A stretch of 62,071 nt of DNA from Actinomycetota bacterium (GTDB lineage: Bacteria > Actinomycetota > Acidimicrobiia > Acidimicrobiales > VFJN01), in NCBI GenBank assembly GCA_046723645.1, contig JBKOUY010000009.1:1-62071 (forward strand), given 5' to 3'. The notes under the pieces are model-generated. The model searched no databases. It was not told the DNA's origin and was given only the letters and a program-made list of their open reading frames with translations. Position numbers and translations under genes: made by a program. The stretch's first letter is position 1. Every line of letters starts with the position of its first letter. Positions 57,333 to 62,071 of the stretch are shown in pieces.

Positions 57333-58157
57333 ATGTCGGCGGCCCGCACGTCCTACGAGACCCTGCTGGTCGAGGTCGACCGAGGCGTCGCGCTGGTCAC
57401 GCTGAACCGGCCCACCCGGCTCAACGCCCTCGACCGGCAGATGACGGGTGACCTCTTCGCCGCGCTGCGGGCCTTCGAGGCCGACGACTCGGTGCGTGCG
57501 GTCGTCGTCACCGGAGCGGGCCGGGCCTTCTGCGCCGGCGCCGACCTCGAGGATGGCTTCGAGGGGCGCACGGGCGATGTCGGCGTGGACGGTGCGGCGC
57601 AGCGACCCTCAGTGCTCGACATGCGGCCCTGGGAGATGCGGACGCCGATCCTGGCCGCCATCAATGGCGCCGCCGTCGGCATGGGCCTGACCTACCCCCT
57701 CATGTGGGACATCCGCATCGCGGCCGACGACGCCCAGATGGGCCTGGTGTTCACGCGCCGCGGCTTGCTGCCCGAGGGCAACTCGCTGTGGTTGCTGGCG
57801 CGGCTGATCGGGGCGTCACGTGCGCTCGAGCTGTTGCTCAGCGGCCGCCTGTTCAGCGGGGAGGAGGCGGCGCAGTTGGGCGTCGTCAGCCGGGCGGTCC
57901 CCGCGAGGGACGTGGTCGACACCACGCTGGAGCTCGCCGCCGACATCGCCGCCAACACATCACCGACCGCGGTGGCGCTGACCAAGCGCCTCTTCTACCG
58001 CCAGCTCGACGGGTGCGACCGGATAGCGGGTCGCAAGGAGGAGCTTGAGGCGTTCCGGTGGCTCGCCGGCAGGCCCGACGTCCGGGAGGGCGTCGCCGCG
58101 TTCCGCGAGCAGCGCACACCTGACTGGCCGGCCATCGCCGAGGAGCTGCCCTGGTGA
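57333..58157 (+). CDS. enoyl-CoA hydratase/isomerase
   Basis: LNRPTRLNA, TGAGRAFCAGADL, AAINGAAVG, FTRRGLLPE. Confidence 0.93.
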   Translation: MSAARTSYETLLVEVDRGVALVTLNRPTRLNALDRQMTGDLFAALRAFEADDSVRAVVVTGAGRAFCAGADLEDGFEGRTGDVGVDGAAQRPSVLDMRPWEMRTPILAAINGAAVGMGLTYPLMWDIRIAADDAQMGLVFTRRGLLPEGNSLWLLARLIGASRALELLLSGRLFSGEEAAQLGVVSRAVPARDVVDTTLELAADIAANTSPTAVALTKRLFYRQLDGCDRIAGRKEELEAFRWLAGRPDVREGVAAFREQRTPDWPAIAEELPW

Positions 58158-59062
58158 GGGGCGACGGCCCGGAGTTCCACGTCTTCATCCCCCAGATGCG
58201 GATGGACCTCGACGTGCTGGTGGACAAAGCCCGGGCGGCCGAGGCAGCCGGGTTCGGCGGCATCGCCCTGATGGACCACCTGGCGCCCCCGATGGCCGAG
58301 GACCGTCCGATGCACGAGGCGATGATCACCGCCGCCTGGCTGGCCGCGCACACGGAGACGTTGGGCGTCGGACACCTCGTGCTGTGCGATTCGCTCCGCC
58401 ACCCGGCCGTGCTTGCGAAGCAGGCGGTGACGATCGACCACGCGTCAGGTGGGCGCTTCGAGCTCGGCATCGGTTGGGGTTCGGTGCCCGACGAGCTCGA
58501 CGCCTTCGGGGTCGGCGACACAGCCCCGAGCGCCCGGGTGCGCCGGCTCGCCGAGAGCCTCGAGGTCATGACCGCGCTGTGGAGCGGCGAGTCGGTCGAC
58601 TTCGAGGGCGAGTTCCACCGCGTCAAGGGTGGCCGCCAGCAACCGGTGCCGCTAGGCAAGATCCCCCTCCTCATCGGCGGGGCAGGCCGCCGGACGCTGG
58701 CGCTAGTGGCCCGGTACGCGGACTGGTGGAACCTGCCGATCTACGCCCTCGAGCGGCTCGAGGAGCTCCGCCCGGCGGCCGGACGCGCCCGCGTGTCGGT
58801 CCAGCAGCTCGTGGCCTTCGTGCCGAACGAGGCCGGCCGCGCCCGCGTGACCGAGCTCGCGGAGCGGCGCTTCGGCGTCTACGGCGACGGACTGATCATC
58901 GGCGACGCCGTCCAACTGGTCGATCACTTCACGGCGCTGCATGATCGTGGCGTCGAACGCTTCTATACCTGGTTCTCGGACTTCGCCGACCCGGAGACGC
59001 TGGCCGCCTTCGGCGCCGACGTGATCGAGACCCTGGCGCCACACGGAGGGCCGAGACCGTGA
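58154..59062 (+). CDS. LLM-class flavin-dependent oxidoreductase
   Basis: LMDHL, RHPAVLAKQAVTIDHASGGRFELGIGWG, LLIGGAG, YADWWN. Confidence 0.9.
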   Translation: MRGDGPEFHVFIPQMRMDLDVLVDKARAAEAAGFGGIALMDHLAPPMAEDRPMHEAMITAAWLAAHTETLGVGHLVLCDSLRHPAVLAKQAVTIDHASGGRFELGIGWGSVPDELDAFGVGDTAPSARVRRLAESLEVMTALWSGESVDFEGEFHRVKGGRQQPVPLGKIPLLIGGAGRRTLALVARYADWWNLPIYALERLEELRPAAGRARVSVQQLVAFVPNEAGRARVTELAERRFGVYGDGLIIGDAVQLVDHFTALHDRGVERFYTWFSDFADPETLAAFGADVIETLAPHGGPRP

Positions 59063-60222
59063 ACCTGACGCTGAGCCCGGAGCAGAGCTTCTTCCAGGAG
59101 ACCACCAGGCGGTTCCTGGAGGGGCAGGCGCCGCTCACCAGGGTCCGCGAGCTGGCCGACGAGGTTGCGGGGTTCGACCGTGGCTGGTGGCGACGAGGCG
59201 CGGACCTGGGCTGGACGGCGTTCCTGGTGCCCGAGGACCACGGGGGCGGCACGCTGTCGGGCGGCGGCGTCGCCGACCTGGCGATCGTCGCCGAGGAGTT
59301 CGGGCGCCTCGTGTCGCCGGGGCCGTTGCACCCAACCAACATCGTGGCCGCCGCGCTCGCCGCCTCGGGGACACCCGAGCAGCAGGCCGAGGTGCTGCCC
59401 GGCATCGTGAGCGGCGACCTCGTGGCCACCTGGTGCTTCCACGAGCCCGGCCGCGGCTGGCGCCCGGGCGACGTCGAGCTGGTGGCCCGGCCGAGTGGGG
59501 ACGGGTTCGTGCTGGCCGGGACCAAGACCATGGTCGAGGCCGCAGGCGAGGCCGACTGGCTCCTGGTCACCGCTCGCCCGGACGCCGGCGACGGGCTCGC
59601 CCAGTTCCTCGTCAAGGCCGACGCGCCGGGCGTCACGATCACCCCGATGAACGCCATCGACCTGGTGCGGCGGTTCGGCCAGGTCGCGTTCGACGACGTG
59701 GCCCTGTCCGGTGCCGCGCGGGTCGGCAGCGGCGATGCGACGGACGACGTCGAGCGGCAGCTGCAGATCGGCGCCACGCTCGAATGCGCGCAGATGGCTG
59801 GCGCCGCCGATCGGGTGCTCGAGTTCACGGTCCAGTACGCCTTCGACCGCTATTCGTTCGGTCGCCAGCTGGCGTCGTACCAGGCCCTCAAGCATCGTTT
59901 CGCCGACATGAAGCTGGTCCTCGAGGCCACGCATGCCACCGTGGACGGCGCCGCCCAGGCGCTCGACGGTGCTGCCGGCACGGGGAACGGCACCGGCGGC
60001 GCCCCGGCCATGTCGGCCGCCCGCCTGGTCAGCGCCGCCAAGGTGTACGCCGGCGATCGCGTTCCCGAGCTGGTCCAGGACTGCGTGCAGATGCACGGCG
60101 GCATCGGCGTGACCTGGGAGCACGACATCCACCTGTACCTGCGCAGGGTGACGCTCGCCCGGGCCCTCTACGGCACGCCCGACGACCACCGCGAGCGCCT
60201 GGCCGCGGCCGCCGGGCTGTAG
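59059..60222 (+). CDS. acyl-CoA dehydrogenase family protein (short partner subunit)
   Basis: LVPEDHGG, RYSFGRQLASYQALKHRFADM, QMHGGIGVTWEHDIHLYLRR. Confidence 0.92.
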   Translation: MNLTLSPEQSFFQETTRRFLEGQAPLTRVRELADEVAGFDRGWWRRGADLGWTAFLVPEDHGGGTLSGGGVADLAIVAEEFGRLVSPGPLHPTNIVAAALAASGTPEQQAEVLPGIVSGDLVATWCFHEPGRGWRPGDVELVARPSGDGFVLAGTKTMVEAAGEADWLLVTARPDAGDGLAQFLVKADAPGVTITPMNAIDLVRRFGQVAFDDVALSGAARVGSGDATDDVERQLQIGATLECAQMAGAADRVLEFTVQYAFDRYSFGRQLASYQALKHRFADMKLVLEATHATVDGAAQALDGAAGTGNGTGGAPAMSAARLVSAAKVYAGDRVPELVQDCVQMHGGIGVTWEHDIHLYLRRVTLARALYGTPDDHRERLAAAAGL

Positions 60223-60244
60223 GACGAGGACGAGGGAGGTCTCG

Positions 60245-61525
60245 ATGGTCGACACCACCGCCACTACCGACGCCACGCGACGCGAGGATCTCGACGCGTA
60301 TCGCCAGCGGGTGCGGTCGTGGCTTGCCGACAACATGCCCCGGCTGGAGCCGGGCGTGGACTGGAACCCCACCCGTGACGACGACCACCGCGCCAGCCGC
60401 GCCCGCGAGCTCCAGCGTCGCCTCTACGACGGCGGCTTCGCCGGCATCTGCTACCCGCGCGAGTACGGCGGCCAGGGCCTGCCCATCGAGTACCAGCGGG
60501 TGTTCGACCAGGAGTCCGAGGGCTACGAGCTGCCGCTGCTGTTCAGCGTGCCGACGCTGTCGATCTGTGGCCCGACCCTGCTCGAGTTCGGGACGGAGGA
60601 GCAGAAGCAGCGCTACATCCCGGCGTTCATCCGCGGCGACGAGCTGTGGGTGCAGTTCATGTCGGAGCCGTCGGGCGGCTCCGACATGGCGAGCGCCCTC
60701 ACCCGCGCCACCCGCGACGGCGACGTCTTCCTGCTCAACGGCTCCAAGATCTGGAGCACGTACGCCTACCGCTCCGACCTCGCCCTGTGCCTGGCGCGCA
60801 CCAACTGGGACGTTCCCAAGCACCGCGGCCTCACGATGTTCATCGTCCCCATCCACCACCCCGGCATCACGGTCAACCAGATCACGATGGTGGACGGCAC
60901 CCAGGAGTTCTGCGAGGAGTTCTTCGACGACGCGGCCATCCCCGCGGAGAACGTGCTCGGCGAGGTCGACGACGGCTGGACGGTCGCCACCCGCCTGCTG
61001 TTCCACGAGCGAGCCACGGTCGGCGGCGCCTCCCCCTACACCAGCGGCCGGATGCGGGCCGGTCCCGAGACCGCCCGTGACGAGCTCGTCGACCTGGCCA
61101 AGTCGCGCGGGCGGGGCCACGATCCCCGGGTCCGGCGCCTCATCGGCCAGTCCGAGGCGCTGTCCATCGTGCACGCGCAGCTCGTCGACCGGGTGCGCAC
61201 GGGGCTGGAGACAGGCTACTTCCCGGCCCCCGCGGGGTCGCTGGTCCGGCTCTTCGCCGGGACCACCGCCGTCGATCGCGCCACCATCGCGCTGGAGATC
61301 GCCGGCGACGAGGCCGTCGTCTGGGACGGCGACGCCGACGGTCGCTACGGCATCGGCTACATCAAGCGCCAGACGTCCTGCCTGGGCGGGGGCAGCACCG
61401 AGATGGCGCGCAACATCATCAGCGAGCGCCTCCTGGGCATGCCCCGGGAGTACGCCGCCGATCGCGACGTCGCGTTCCGTGAGGTCCGCCGCAACGCCAC
61501 GCCTTCCGAGAAGGGGAGCAAGTGA
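60245..61525 (+). CDS. acyl-CoA dehydrogenase family protein (catalytic subunit)
   Basis: YPREYGGQG, QFMSEPSGGSD, LNGSKIWS, KHRGLTMF, GGGSTEMARNII. Confidence 0.93.
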   Translation: MVDTTATTDATRREDLDAYRQRVRSWLADNMPRLEPGVDWNPTRDDDHRASRARELQRRLYDGGFAGICYPREYGGQGLPIEYQRVFDQESEGYELPLLFSVPTLSICGPTLLEFGTEEQKQRYIPAFIRGDELWVQFMSEPSGGSDMASALTRATRDGDVFLLNGSKIWSTYAYRSDLALCLARTNWDVPKHRGLTMFIVPIHHPGITVNQITMVDGTQEFCEEFFDDAAIPAENVLGEVDDGWTVATRLLFHERATVGGASPYTSGRMRAGPETARDELVDLAKSRGRGHDPRVRRLIGQSEALSIVHAQLVDRVRTGLETGYFPAPAGSLVRLFAGTTAVDRATIALEIAGDEAVVWDGDADGRYGIGYIKRQTSCLGGGSTEMARNIISERLLGMPREYAADRDVAFREVRRNATPSEKGSK

Positions 61526-61842
61526 TGGATCAGCTCGAGTTGCGTCCCGGGTCCCGGCTGCGCAGCGCCGTCGACGCCACCGAGGTGGTCGTGGTGCGGC
61601 CACCGGCGCAGCCGGTCGACCTGCGCTGTGGGGGGCAGCCGATGGTCCCGCTGGACTCGGACGGTCCGGCCGGGTCCACGCCCTCGCCCGACCACGCCGG
61701 CGGCACCCTGCTGGGCAAGCGCTACGTGGACACCGACGAGACCCTGGAGGTGCTGTGCACCAAGCCCGGCGACGGGTCCCTGTCGATCGGTGAGCAGCCG
61801 ATGCGGGTCAAGGAGGCCAAGCCCCTCCCGGCGTCGGATTGA
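61522..61842 (+). CDS. conserved hypothetical protein (106 aa)
   Basis: LRPGSRLRSAVDATEVVVVR...CGGQPM...GKRYVD...LCTKPG...AKPLPASD; overlaps the ACAD stop. Confidence 0.8.
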   Translation: MMDQLELRPGSRLRSAVDATEVVVVRPPAQPVDLRCGGQPMVPLDSDGPAGSTPSPDHAGGTLLGKRYVDTDETLEVLCTKPGDGSLSIGEQPMRVKEAKPLPASD

Positions 61843-61899
61843 GGGTCGATTCCGCGGATCCCGCCGATGACGCCATCGCTGCCGCCCGGGCGGACCGGC

Positions 61900-62070
61900 T
61901 CAACCCATCGGCGTCCAGCCACCGCCCTGGAGGTGGTTGCCGGCGTCGACGTCGATGACGACGCCGGTGATCGAGGCGGCGTCGTCGGACAGCAGGAAGG
62001 CGCACGCACTGGCGATGTCGTCGGCGGTCGTGAGGCGGCCGAGCACGAGGTTGCCCCCGGCGGCGGCGCC
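61900..62070 (-). CDS. SDR oxidoreductase, C-terminal part (partial at window edge)
   Basis: Hand translation: LGRLTTADDIASACAFLLSDDAASITGVVIDVDAG...MG*. Confidence 0.85.
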   Translation of the reverse strand, partial: GAAAGGNLVLGRLTTADDIASACAFLLSDDAASITGVVIDVDAGNHLQGGGWTPMG

Positions 62071-62071
62071 G

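Overview
High-GC actinobacterial chromosomal segment. Gene content and style suggest Acidimicrobiia, but that assignment is inference. It holds about 60 CDS; I found no rRNA, tRNA, CRISPR array, integrase or transposase. Housekeeping genes (aceE, rnhA) are mixed with catabolic operons (acyl-CoA ligases, enoyl-CoA hydratases, a paired acyl-CoA dehydrogenase, a MaoC pair, LLM/F420 oxidoreductases, amidohydrolases) and many regulators (five TetR, three STAND/LuxR, LysR, ECF41 sigma, Ser/Thr kinase). Most notable: (1) a TetR - alpha/beta-hydrolase - hydrolase/glycosyltransferase fusion - ferritin-like diiron enzyme unit tied together by a duplicated 22-bp palindromic operator; (2) an RNHCP gene preceded by a WhiB7/WblC-like promoter, a hairpin and an unannotated 23-aa leader peptide; (3) a 14-bp motif TGACAACnnnGTCT in front of three separate catabolic operons; (4) several deletion scars and pseudogenes (SulP/HAD junction, DUF2252-like tail, frameshifted TMEM175). 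Product calls come from motif recognition only; no database search was run. Several start codons were moved downstream of those in the supplied ORF track.
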